Source of the DNA: Octopus bimaculoides | Taxonomy: Eukaryota | Length of the DNA: 64,000 bases | Assembly: GCF_001194135.2 (NCBI RefSeq) | Contig: NC_068981.1 | Span: 91,225,722 to 91,289,721, forward strand | Direction of reading: 5' to 3' | Shown: positions 35,581-47,191 of the stretch, piece after piece | Layout of the letters: each line of letters begins with the position of its first letter | How positions within the stretch are numbered: the first letter of the stretch is position 1 | The notes under the pieces: model-generated | Told to the model about the DNA's origin: nothing | Database searches by the model: none | What the model saw: the letters and a program-made list of their open reading frames with translations, nothing else | Position numbers and translations under genes: made by a program

Positions 35581-36659
35581 AATCTTAGTGCTGCAAAATA
35601 CATAGAAAATTAAGATAAGGCCAGCGAGTTTGATGTACAAACAAATAAAATTTTTCCCCTTCACAGGGGCAATGATATTCACCTGTATTGAAAGATTTGG
35701 TTTCAAATCCCTTTGCTTTTGCAGGCACACGTAGAAGTGAAATAAACTGGAGTAATATCGTCCTCATACACTTAGATTTTCGGAATGTGTTGGTATTGAA
35801 ATACACTTGTTGCCTCACGTTATCGATTTATAACTTGGAGACACACACCTTTTTCAGATTAGCTCCTGTTACTTACAAAACTTTTCGTAACTATCAACCA
35901 GTTTCGTTGTACAGAACGAAACAGATAAGCCGGCACAATGCAGACAAAAATGCTCAATGTATTATGCGGTTAATTCTGCCGAGAGAGGACAACGATTTAA
36001 CAATGGAATTCGCATAGAAAGCAAGAAAAAACATATGTATATTAGATATAAATATATACATATATCTATAGTTTATTCACACATAAAAAAAATACAGCAA
36101 TACGCTGCATGAAATGTACTGATAAGCAAACAAGTGAAACCAGAGGTAGTAATATTTGGCATGTTCCACTCACAAATATAAGCTGTTTTTGTTTTTTCAC
36201 ACTGAATGTAAGAGAGATACATTATGAATGAAAAGAAACAAAAAAACGTTTCTCACCGCCTAGTTCTGCTCAGTCTATTTACAGACCAAAGCTAAACGTA
36301 TGTTTCTAAATATATGCGTACGTCAATTCACGGATCTGTATTTTCGTTATACATACATTTATACATATACAATATGTGTGTATATGTGTATGTTTGTGTG
36401 TGTGTATGTATGTGAGTGAGTGTGTGAGTGTGTGTGTGCGTGTGTGTTTGTGTGCATGTATGGCATTATTCAGTTTTACTTCAAGATTTCTTGCCAAAAG
36501 AGAAAGGGTCGGTTTCTAACCTAGATAAAAATCTCCTGCATTGGAATTTAAACAACATCAAGGTATTTTTGTATATATGTATGTATATGTACAGAATTGT
36601 ATGTTTTCTTTTATGTATGACTTGTGATGCATATAATTGCATATCTAGACAGGCTCGTA

Positions 36660-37210
36660 TATAATTAAATCATAAACTTCTGGAAAATTTTACAAATTTT
36701 TAACAGTACCAGTGATAACTTGGATTTGTAGTCTTCGAATCAACTTTCTCCTGTCTGGTTTTGAGATTTCTGATTTCTCTATCCAGGTTACAAGTTCAGG
36801 TTGTAACCTGGATAGAGTAACTGCAGATTTCTCAATAGTTCAGTATAGGTATTTTCTGTTTCACTGATCTTCGGTTTTATGTTTACATCCGATGGGCAAA
36901 ACTGTACACATCGTCTCTTCTCTATCCTAAATCATTATATCAGGTCTATTGTGTGTACATTTTATTGAGGTTTTCCTTGGGACATTCCACCAGTATTTCT
37001 TTTTATTACGAAGGGTTATGGCTTCTACCATACTGTGGGCACTTATTCCCTTGTCCTCGGTGTTAACCATCCGTCGAGGATCAATATTACTATATCGGAT
37101 CCATGCATGGCCGTTTGTACATATGCTTTCCTCCTTTCATCTAATGATATGTTGCAGTAGAGTCGTGCGACTTCTTTGGGCATGTATTTAAAGTTATCCG
37201 ACAAGGAATG
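36660..37210 (-). mobile_element. R4/Dong LINE C-terminal restriction-like endonuclease region
   Basis: KYWWNVP, HNRPDI, ELLRNLQLLYPGY, IQVITGTVK. Confidence 0.65.
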
Positions 37211-37388
37211 CTGCTGAAGGAGCTTCCCTCCAAGTTTTATGATATGTAAAAGGAATGCACTTCTACACTTAATGGTTAAAATATGTTACCGAAGAGATAT
37301 GATACGACATTCAAAGGCAGTCTGAATTGATGTTAAGCCTCTGGCGCCTTATTTTCGTTTTAGGTAGAAGCGGTCTATGAAACTCTTG

Positions 37389-37419
<31 letters not shown>

Positions 37420-37488
37420 TGTATGTACGTATGTATGTATGTATGTATCTCTCTCTCTCTCNNNNNNNNNNGTATGTATGTGTGTATG

Positions 37489-37545
<57 letters not shown>

Positions 37546-38634
37546 GCATGTATGTACGAAAGAATGAACAAAGAACAGAGAGTCGTACACTTCAAATTTG
37601 GTTGGAGATGCATGTATTTAATATCAGGTTGACTCAGCTCCACATTACTTAATGCTCGAGGGCGTGTAGTACACATCAATCTCGTCAGTTGTTCGCAGAG
37701 AGAACAGGGATTTTGAAAGAAATTCTAAATGCCTTTCACGGGTTTAGGCTGGTTACGACAGCTGCGGTCACGTGATTGTAATGTTATCAAAGTGCCGTCA
37801 GATATTTTCCTTACTTTATGTTTCCATGTAGCTAAGAGGACGTTAGCAACGATGCTGGCGCTACTTTGATGGCAGGCTGCATTATAGAATGTATTCAAGG
37901 GCACCAGTGTTTTATAATAAGGAGCACACATTACACTGGGTATCAACATGCTGTCATTACGCAGCTTCCAGTGACGTAATGCTAAGAATAAAGGAAATAA
38001 CTGATGTCCCTTTGAAAGCATTAAAACTACACGACAGCAGTAGAGAAACCGAGGCCTAAACAACCAGATGCATCACTAAATTATCTAATTTCAACAACAC
38101 CTGATTTATATTCTCTCATCGGATACCACTTAACTTTTTCTATACAACTAACACCGAACTAATTCAAGCCACCAATGCAACACTATATACTGAAAAAATG
38201 AATTAGTATAAACAATACTTAGAATACCAAATTTAGCCAAGCATAGTGAGTCAGTGACCTGCACACAATACTCACATTGGTACGAGGATAATCTAATTTG
38301 TAACTTCCTATATATCCCCAAAACATTCCCTCCGATCACATTCTCTGCTCAGACTTCAACTCGTTCCTGGACTGTAAATTGCTCCTCAAACCAGAACCAC
38401 TCATACAGACATCAAAACAAAATGATATACTGACCACCGTCCATTATAAGTATCATTATCATGCCTAGTTCCGGCCCCTTCAGTTTCAACCAATTTCAAT
38501 CTCCCCTCAATGGAAACAAATGATACGCGAGATCTGTTGCATATCCTCTTCATGAACAGACGGAGAAAGCCATATTCCAGGCGAACATATGAAGTTATCA
38601 TCGATGGAATAATAACAATATTTATATACTTCAA

Positions 38635-38790
38635 GACGGCGAGCTGGCACGCCGGACAAAATGCTTAGTGGCATTTCGTCCATCTTTAGATTCTGAGCTC
38701 AAATTCTGCCCGTCGTGGACGACATTGCCTTTCAACATCTTGGGGTCGATAAAATCAGTAGCAGTTGAGCACTGGGGTCAATACTCACTC
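38635..38790 (+). mobile_element. SINE family B
   Basis: acggcgagctggcacgccggacaaaatgcttagtggcatttcgtcc...ggggtcgataaaat. Confidence 0.8.
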
Positions 38791-38917
38791 TCCTGAATTT
38801 GTTGACTTTGTGCTAAAATTTGTACTGCAATTATTTTATAAAGATTCTCTGTATATAAAAATTCTTTCTAGCTCTTTGTGTGTCTGTCTGTCTCTCACTC
38901 TCCNNNNNNNNNNGCGT

Positions 38918-38950
<33 letters not shown>

Positions 38951-40519
38951 CGTGCGTGCGTGTGTGTGTGTGTACGCTATTATGTGTGTGTATATGTGCG
39001 CTAAAATCATATTATCAAGTTTAATAGACATATTCCAGTTAAGAAAATATGTGGGTAAGCAATGGGAACTTCAGCAGATGTGAGAAGAACAGTATGTGTC
39101 GTATCATAATTTTCCAAGTTTGAAAAGATATAACTTTTTTATGGAGAATATGAATAAACGATTATCAGAGTTTATTACAGAAAAAAATAAAAGTGCGAAA
39201 GTTACAATATGATTTTGAAACACATATAAGAGTATAATGACATTATAAGATCATTGAAAGTTTCATTTCATTAATTTCCCGTCTGAAAGGTTTATTTTAC
39301 ATGGATAAATTAAAATTAATAGATAGAGATTACAGCCTAGACTTCTATAATGATTTCTAGAGGCCGCTATGTAATCATAGCCGACATACTCAGTAAGTCA
39401 TAGTCACCTTCAAAACTATTAGTCAGTAAATAATGAAGTAACCCAGTGCCTGCTAACTTATTGCAACGAAAAACTTAACATATTTCAACGATAGACTTAA
39501 AATGCTCCAAAAATTCATGTGTAAATATTTGGATTCAAACCAACCAATAGATATTATGAAACAACTGCTTATAGCTATCAATAAACGATGGGAAATGTTT
39601 TCTTTCTATAAAAGTAAATTTTGCAGGAGGCGAAAAATACAACCAAACACAGCAACTTCAATAGCACAACATATCATGACATACATTATGCTATTGTATT
39701 TTATAGTACAGAGAAAGAAATTATAATACAATATATTTCAACTACTACAAAAAGTCAATGAAACCTGCACCTGAGGGAAATATCATCTTGTTCAATCCGT
39801 CGCCTGGTACGAAAGTGCCTAAAGAACCTAAAGAATCAATTTCCTTCTTGAAAAACAAGCACATAAAAGCTAATAGTTTTTTTACATCTAGCTATATGAT
39901 AATAAAGTATTTCATTGCGTTAGGAGATAATACCTCAACTAGGAAAAGGTAAATAAATTTCTATAACTAGTAGTTGCATCGTATAGCATAATACTATAAA
40001 AACAATGTGTAATACAGTCATTCTTCGATCTACACCAACATAAAAATGTCTTCAAATGCTGTCATAAACAAAACATTATTTTGTTTTGAAAGCAGACCGA
40101 GCGAAAAAGAAAAGACTGTTAGGAAATATGATTTAATTTGGGTACATACATTTTATTAAATATCAGTTCCAAATGATTTTTGCTTAACTCAAAAGCATCA
40201 CAATAAAACTACCTAAACGTCAATGAAAGCAGAAACAGAGTCAAATTCTTGACGGGTTGACAGCGTGTATTTTTAGAATGACAGGCTGAAGCAAATTACA
40301 TCACCCTGCACGTAATATGATTCTTTCCCTTTACCAACTATTACAATATACTGTTGAAGGTCGCTGCATCCACATTACAGAACATTTTTCTGAAAGCATG
40401 GTTGGGAAACTGGTTCCTCCCAGTTTTTAGACTACCGTTATTAGAGTTGGTCCTAACTAGGGTATTAATGTCATCTACATATCTACTGTAGAGTAGGTCA
40501 CGAAGAGGCCGGCCATATC

Positions 40520-40780
40520 TCCAAATCTACATAGAAGGTGCTTGTAAGGACATGAACATGACATACATAAGAGAGACGTCTAGGAGCATTGCAGAACGAC
40601 TAAATGAACATTTGAAACACTAGGACGACAAAAAAAAAAACAGTCTTCCATACTCTACCGACATGGAGGCAACCTGGGTCAACTTGACATCCGCATCTTA
40701 TCCAAAGGATCCAACATTCAGACAAATACAGGAGTACGTCCTCATAAATGAAAGTTCCCCGATACTAAATAGGAAATATA
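40520..40780 (+). pseudogene. Degenerate Penelope-type GIY-YIG remnant
   Basis: MTYIRETSRSIAERLNEHLKH..DPTFRQIQEYVLINESSPILNRK. Confidence 0.55.
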
Positions 40781-41099
40781 CATAGTAGATGTCATACCCC
40801 CATACCAACAGTTTACACAGGCAGAGTAGAAAGGTAGTGGGCTGTTATGTAGATAGATGGATATATGTGTTTTGGGGGTGCATGTATATATATGTATATG
40901 CACATGTATATAAGCATATGGATATGAAAGTAAACAGATCAACATACAAATGGATAGGTACATAGGTTATATGAACAGACAAGCACACATACGTACACAT
41001 ACACAAATGAAGACTGAAACACATGACCATATATACACACACACTTTACTTCACACAAGGACACTCGTGGAGATGCGCATCCATACATACAAACACCTC

Positions 41100-41690
41100 C
41101 CTACCGAGTTTAGCATTGTTTGTTACTTTAGAACCCAAATAAGACCCGTTGTCTTATATTCAAGAAACGCACCATCTTCTATCCTTGCTGCAACAAATAA
41201 TGCAAATAATACTGGTGCCAAAACACCTTTTTGTACAATTTTAAACTTCAAACGGCACAAACTGACTGCAATGTGAGAGAACGGATGCCTTTATGTTATG
41301 TGGTAACACTCTGACGTTTAGGATTTTTCTCAGGAATTCAAAACTTTGCTAATATTTTTCAAAACGCTTGCCGACACTCAGAAACAAAAGCTTTTTTAGT
41401 TGATGAAATGTCACATAGTGATCTTTATTGTGCTCTCGCTCCAAACTGACTGTCATATTCACTGTCCCTCGCGCTGATCATATGTGCAAAGTTCAAGCTT
41501 GAGACTGCGAATGATCTTCATTACCTGTCTCCGTTGCTATCACAAATTCTTATGAATTTGTTTAAGGTGGAATTTCCTTGTGCTGGACAAAACCCAATGT
41601 CTCTACCTAGAGAAATAAAGCAGTACTGCTGCGCAGTGTGCTACTTGTCAGCCGCAAAGATCCAGTAGTGATGGTATGGCTTCATCTTCC
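41100..41690 (-). mobile_element. RTE-clade (BovB-like) LINE RT remnant
   Basis: HMISAR, STKKAF, KILAKF.IPEK, KGVLAPVLFALF, FLEYKTTG. Confidence 0.6.
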
Positions 41691-41934
41691 AAGGGGTTGA
41701 GGTTTGGTGGCTCAATACACACATGCATAAAACGAATATAAAACAAAATATATATAAAGAGAAATTTAAAAAAGTATATGCATATATATATATATANNNN
41801 NNNNNNNNNNNNNNNNNNNNNNNNNNNNNNNNNNNNNNNNNNNNNNNNNNNNNNNNNNNNNNNNNNNNNNNNNTATATATGCTGTAGCTACAGCTCAGAG
41901 CTGCGGCTATGCTGATGCACCGTTTTGCTGCACT

Positions 41935-43800
41935 GTTATTACTGAGGGCCTCTTCCAATATGTGGCACTTGGTGAAGAATGGAGTTTGATGTAACTACCC
42001 TCATTTGTACCTGCTCCCATGAGGTAGGTTCATCTGGGACTCTCGACAGGAAGAGGTCCAGCTTTGATTTTAAAACGCCTACATCTACTTTGTGCAGGTT
42101 CCTCATTCTCTTTGGGAGAATATTAAAAAGCTGTGGGTCCCTGAAACCCAGGCTGTTGTAGTAACTGGTCCTGAAGCGCGATGGCGTTGCTGGGATCTTT
42201 GGCACTATGCAGTGTAGCTTTCAATGCCAAAATTTGGCACAATTCCTTCCAGAATCTTCCAGATGTATATTACTCCATACCTTTCCCGCATTCTCTCCAT
42301 GGAGTAGAGTCTTAGCTGTTTCAGCCTTTCCCAGTAGCTGAGCAGTTGCAAAGAGACGATCTTCTTTGTGAATCTTCTTTGCATTGCTTCATGGTCCGCT
42401 GTTAATTTCATACTAGTGGGTGATCATAGCTGTGAGCAGTAATCCAGGCGGCTGAGCACGAATGTCTTCCAGAGGACCATCATGGTTTTCTTCTCTCTGG
42501 TTCTGAATGTTCTCAGGATCCATCCAGCCAGTCATCTGCACTTTGTTGCCATCCTGGTAATGTGCACTTGGAAAGAGGTATCATTGCTCATGACGATACC
42601 CAGGTCTCTCACTGATTTAGGCTCTAGGATTGTAATCACCTATGGACCAGTGTACCCTGTAAGTTTTCATATTCAGTTTTGGACGCTGGTGGCGCAGGGC
42701 TTGGAATTTTTCAGCATTGAGCTGCATATTATTATTCTCAGCCCATCTGTAAACTGAGTCCAACTCATGTAGTTTGTGGCATATCATACCATGATCTACT
42801 TTGTCAATATTTAGTAAAAATATTGGCGCGACGACTGTGCAGACGTTATAGGAGACAATCCCATGTCTGTTGACTGTGGTGGTCTTGCTCAGTGTTGAGC
42901 AAGATTCCTTGTTTGTGCTTGGTGTAGCCAGGTCAGCTCCTGCATAATCTTTTGTGCCATGTACAAAAAAGACTCTTGCTCAGCTGCTGCCTTGCGCATA
43001 ATCTCTGAAGAGCGCACTTCTTTTGTAAATTTTTTCCTTGGAGACATTTGTTTTTTTCCTCAGGGAAGATTTTCCTCCTTAAGGCCCTTGTAGTTTTGGT
43101 GGGTTGTCGGGTGGGCAAACCGGCAGTTTTTGCTGCCGTCTTCCCCATGCCAACATTTGCCTTGCAGATAAAATTTGAAGGTTCTCCAGTGCCTTCCAAA
43201 TTTCTTCTTTCCTGTAGGCTTTTGGATGGCATTGGATCCTCCTTGGAGTTTTCTCTTTTTTGTTTGGTGGATTGAGGTTTCTGTCTTGGTTGTTTCATTT
43301 TTGCCTTTTACTTTCCCTTCCTTTCTTTCTTTATGCTTGTGTTTGTGTTCCGTCCTTCCTTTTCTTGTGGTGGGAACTTTTTTCCTCTGGTTCTCTAATG
43401 AAATGAGGGCTCCTTTCCTTTGTAGGACTACTGGCACAGAGGGGCTTCTAGTTGCTGCCTCCTTGGCTCCACTATCCTTTACTGCCTGGTCGTTCACAGG
43501 GGTGGGTGATCCATTCTTTTGAGGAACCACTGGATCAAAGAGACTTCCGGGTGTTGTTTCCTTTTCATCTTCTCCATCTTTATAAGCCTTTCTACAATAG
43601 TTTCGATTATGACATCCAGGGTGTCAATGTGTGGTCCGATGAGCGTATAGGATCGGATGAATTCATTCTTCTTCCGCTTTATCTGATCAGTGGTTCTGTG
43701 AAAGCCATTGTTTTTCAGTTCAGCAGGGATGATTTTGTTTGGCGGATCGTCACTAGGAATCGACCATGCTCGCAGCAGAAGATTTAATTGTTTCTTCTCC
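41935..43800 (-). mobile_element. CR1-like LINE with ORF1 (CCCH-type fingers) and 3' end; EN and RT core deleted
   Basis: ORF1 FYLQGKCWHGEDGSKNCRFAHP; junction IFLLNI|DKVDHGMICHKLHE|LDSVYRWAE; 3' YWERLKQLRLYSMERMRERY, SLGFRDPQLFNILPK, LKSKLDLFLSRVPDEP. Confidence 0.8.
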
Positions 43801-43849
43801 TACTTTGGTGCATTCTTCGTTTTTTTAAGCCCAGAAGGGGTGTAGAGGA

Positions 43850-44390
43850 TAGAGAGGAAGTGCAAAATAGAGGGAGATAGAAAAGAAGAAACAGAGGGGG
43901 GGAATAGGGAATGAGAGAGGGAGATATGAAGGAAAGAGAGAGGTGCTATGAAGGAAAGAGAGAGGGTGATATGAGGAAAGAGAGCGGGTGTGGGGTGTTA
44001 GAGAGACAGAGGGAGGTAGAGGAAAGGGAGAGAAAGAGAGACAGAGTGAGGGAGAGGAGGGGAAGAGAAGGAGAGAAAGAGAGACAGAGTGAAGGAGAGG
44101 GGGAAGAAAAAGAGAGACAGAGGGAGGGAGAGGGTGACGTGACAGGAGAAGAGGAAGATGTGAGATAAAAAGGAAAGGAAAGAGAACTGTGAAATGAGGA
44201 AGATATGAAAGGGAGGGAGAGAGATTGAGAAAAAGAATAAGATATGGAAGAGAGAGAGGGACAGAGGCAGGTGTAAAGAGAGATAAATGGAGGGAGAGAG
44301 GAGCGGGAAAGGGAGGAATATATGTAAGGGAAGGAAAGAAGAAGAGGTAGGTATGAAAAAGAGAGTAGGAGCAGGTAACGAAGATGTGTA
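43850..44390. repeat. Purine-rich (GA) low-complexity tract
   Basis: Directly visible; adjoins the LINE 5' end. Confidence 0.85.
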
Positions 44391-44413
44391 GGAAAACGAA
44401 ATACGAAAATTTG

Positions 44414-44451
<38 letters not shown>

Positions 44452-44469
44452 TTGTAATTATATATATAT

Positions 44470-45095
44470 ATATATGTACATATGGCAGGAATGGCAACAA
44501 AAGAAAGAAAGAGACCTCGATATTATGCAAATAGAGGAATTTATCTGTAAAAATATGTGACACTGATTCAGTAGCCATGAGAAAACTCCGAGTTTCGGAT
44601 GCCAGGGTAGGAGGTCTAACCAACATCTCTTCAGTTATCCGGTCATTGAAAATTCCTGTGAAAAATGACCGTTAAAAACAAAGGGAAATTACTGTGTAGT
44701 GACAAAGCGCGTCTAAAACTGTATATTATCGCATGCACGCATATAGCCATACACGCACGCACATATCTCAATATACGCGCGCATATATCTACATCCGCAC
44801 GCATCCACGCGCACACTCACAAGCGCGCACATATAAAGTTCCTTGTACGTGTCTATAAGCGTACGAAAAAAAGTTTGGAGGGGAGAAAACAGAAAACAAA
44901 AAACTATATGTGGAAAAATACAAAAAAAATTAACCCTATAACTATGTAAAAAAACATGAAAATAATCAAAAAATATAATAATATAAAAATATAAAAATAT
45001 AAAATCCGGGTAAAAAAGTGGAAAGCTTATACATAGACACAATCCGGAAGCCTATCAGTACAGTCCCATCAGCAGGTCCTATCAGTAAAATTATT
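44470..45095 (-). mobile_element. Penelope-type terminal repeat, second copy of the 13340-14045 family
   Basis: RC match including ggataactgaagagatgttgg..gcatccgaaactcggag..gtcacatatttttacagataaattcc. Confidence 0.6.
44572..44645 (-). ncRNA. Candidate minimal type I hammerhead ribozyme (second copy)
   Basis: RC gataa-CTGAAGA-GATGTTGG..CTGGCATC-C-GAAA-CTCGGAG-TT-ttctc. Confidence 0.45.
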
Positions 45096-45639
45096 AAAAT
45101 ATATATATATAATCTGCGGGATTATTCGTGGCGCACATGGGGTAAATTCTTGAGGGGAAATGCGGAACTCACTGGTCGATAAATTTGTGAATGCATTTTC
45201 TTATGTGATTTTGATGTCGCATGGTCAAATACACACGAGTATAGGTGCATTTTCAGATTTATTGTGTACATCATGCTGAAGAGTGGAAAAGAATGAATTT
45301 TATATTCTTAATCACGAAACGTCGTACATGATTAACTGAAGGCAAGTTTGTTTTTATTTTCTCTTCTGTTTTTGTTCTATGTGTGCCGTAAATATCGCTA
45401 TCCGTTAGAGAAAAAAATTGTAGTTTAGAATCAGTAGTTCTTTGACTGCTATTTCTAAATTTTCAGTATGTTGGTGAAGCAATCTCATGCTGATCCCTAT
45501 ATATTTATAATATATATAATTATATATATATATATATCTCCTCTCCCCTTTCACGGTTATATCTTCCATACTGTCGGGTGTCCAACATTCACCCTTCTCA
45601 CTAACCAAAGTTCAGTGGATTTTCAACTGTGTAAAGAAA

Positions 45640-46015
45640 CCGATTATGGTGATCGTAGTTTCGACGGTGATTGTGGTGAAAGCAGAGACAGTGTTGATGA
45701 TGACGTTTGTCGAGATAAGTATAAGAGGACGATATATTAGTATCGGCGGTGTTTAATGGCGACAGGAGCGGTGTGATGTGTGATGCTGAGGCATGGTGGT
45801 AATAGTGGTGTTGATGATAGTGTTAGTTGTGTGTTGGTGGTATTGTAGTGGTTATACTGGTTGTTGTGGTGAAAGTGACTGTCAAGGTAACGGTTATGAT
45901 AACGTTGATGGCAGTGTATGTTATTGAAGTGAAAGCAATGACAATGCTGCTGATGATGTTGGTGATTGTGGTGGTGGTGGTGGTGGTGGTCGGGGTCGTC
46001 GTAGTGCTGCTTCTT
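45640..46015. repeat. Degenerate (GTG/GAT/GTT)n low-complexity tract
   Basis: Directly visible. Confidence 0.8.
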
Positions 46016-46018
46016 CTG

Positions 46019-46058
46019 GTTTGGCGGAGGTCAGCGCTCTCCGAGTGCTTTTCTAGTT
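46019..46058 (+). mobile_element. 3' end of a Helentron-type non-autonomous element (HINE)
   Basis: ttggcggagg subTIR, hairpin gcgctc-tcc-gagtgc, then ttttctagtt. Confidence 0.6.
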
Positions 46059-46234
46059 CCCTAACTTTGATTGGAAGACTTTATCTCCATGTTAGCACTA
46101 ATTACCTTCTCGTAAATGCTGTCATTAATACAGTCACATGCACTTTAGCATCCTCTTTAAAATAAATATTACAATAGAAATCTTCGATCGTTGCTAAGAT
46201 TGTTTATTGTACATAATGTATATATTTCGAACGA

Positions 46235-46405
46235 AAATGCTCAGCGTCATTTCTTCACACTTTACATTTCGTGATCATATGTCACCGGAGTCGACCTTGC
46301 GGTTCAACCTTTTTGGATCGATGAAACAGGTACCAGCTGAGCACTGGGGTCGATGTAATCAGCTTCCTATCACAAGAAATGGCTGCCATTGTGTCAAAAT
46401 TTGAA
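46235..46405 (+). mobile_element. SINE family B, degenerate
   Basis: gtaccagctgagcactggggtcgatgtaatc. Confidence 0.7.
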
Positions 46406-46564
46406 CCCTCTCCCACACATATACATAATAAAGCCTGTTTGTGTATAACAATAATTTGTAACTATAGATATTGAGAAGCTTAACACTTCTATTTCTCTGT
46501 GCTTAAGACTGCATACTTAAGTCACTGTATATTTTTTACTATTCTTCGAATTTAAAAGCGACTT

Positions 46565-46950
46565 AATTACCTCCGCCAAGGACGGAGGTTATATTTTCAT
46601 CGGTGTTGGTTTGTCTATCTATCCGTTTCTGTGCAAAATAACTCAAAAAGTTGTGAATGGTATTTGATGAAACTTACAGGAAAAGTTGGTAATGACACAC
46701 TGAACAGATGATGGAAGTTTGTTAGTGATCCGGGAATTTTTATGGATTCTTGAAGGATTTTTCTTTTGTTATATTTACTTTATATGAAGTATTACAATGT
46801 TACATTCTTTGATTATCTCCCTTGAAAACACGTTCATCGTTTGCACGTAACCTATGGTGGCGTTGCTGTTTCCAAAGTTTATTTTCGTTTCTCTATTAGT
46901 AATTTTACTCGCGTATCTATCTTAAAATGAGCTGCTTGGCGGAGGTCTGC
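46565..46950 (+). mobile_element. HINE/Helentron-type element, 3' end truncated by a short CR1 fragment
   Basis: Perfect 11-bp subTIRs cctccgccaag (46570-80) and cttggcggagg (46935-45); followed by DYWDRLKKLQ-encoding LINE sequence (~46955-47005). Confidence 0.65.
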
Positions 46951-47061
46951 GGAGGATGACATGACAAGCCCTGACTATTGGGATCGACTCAAAAAGCTTC
47001 AGATGATTCCTGTTTTTAAAAGTATTTTTTAAAAATCATATGGCTGTTTTATTATTTTTTT

Positions 47062-47191
47062 TTAGCTCCGCCAAAGAAGTTATGTTTTTGCCGGCGTTGG
47101 TTTGGGAAATTGGGCGATTTTCAGCATGCGTGTATATGGGTGGAAATAAGCTGCTTGGCAAAGGTCTGCGCTCTCCAATTGCTTTTCTATT
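47062..47191 (+). mobile_element. Short HINE/Helentron-type element
   Basis: ctccgccaaagaagttatgtttt ... gctgcttggcaaaggtctgcgctctccaattgcttttcta. Confidence 0.6.

Noticed and set aside
35877-35975. 99-nt minus-strand segment with good acceptor (ctctctcggcag) and perfect GTAAGT donor
   Set aside because: Stops in all three frames; could only be a non-coding exon, and nothing else supports it.
36490-36550. RC ..GAAACCGACC.. hammerhead-like half motif
   Set aside because: No CUGANGA or U3-A8 equivalent is identifiable.
38060-38630. Possible APE endonuclease remnant (ILCSDFNSFLD, YTDHRPL)
   Set aside because: Motifs lie in different frames with wrong spacing; insufficient to classify.
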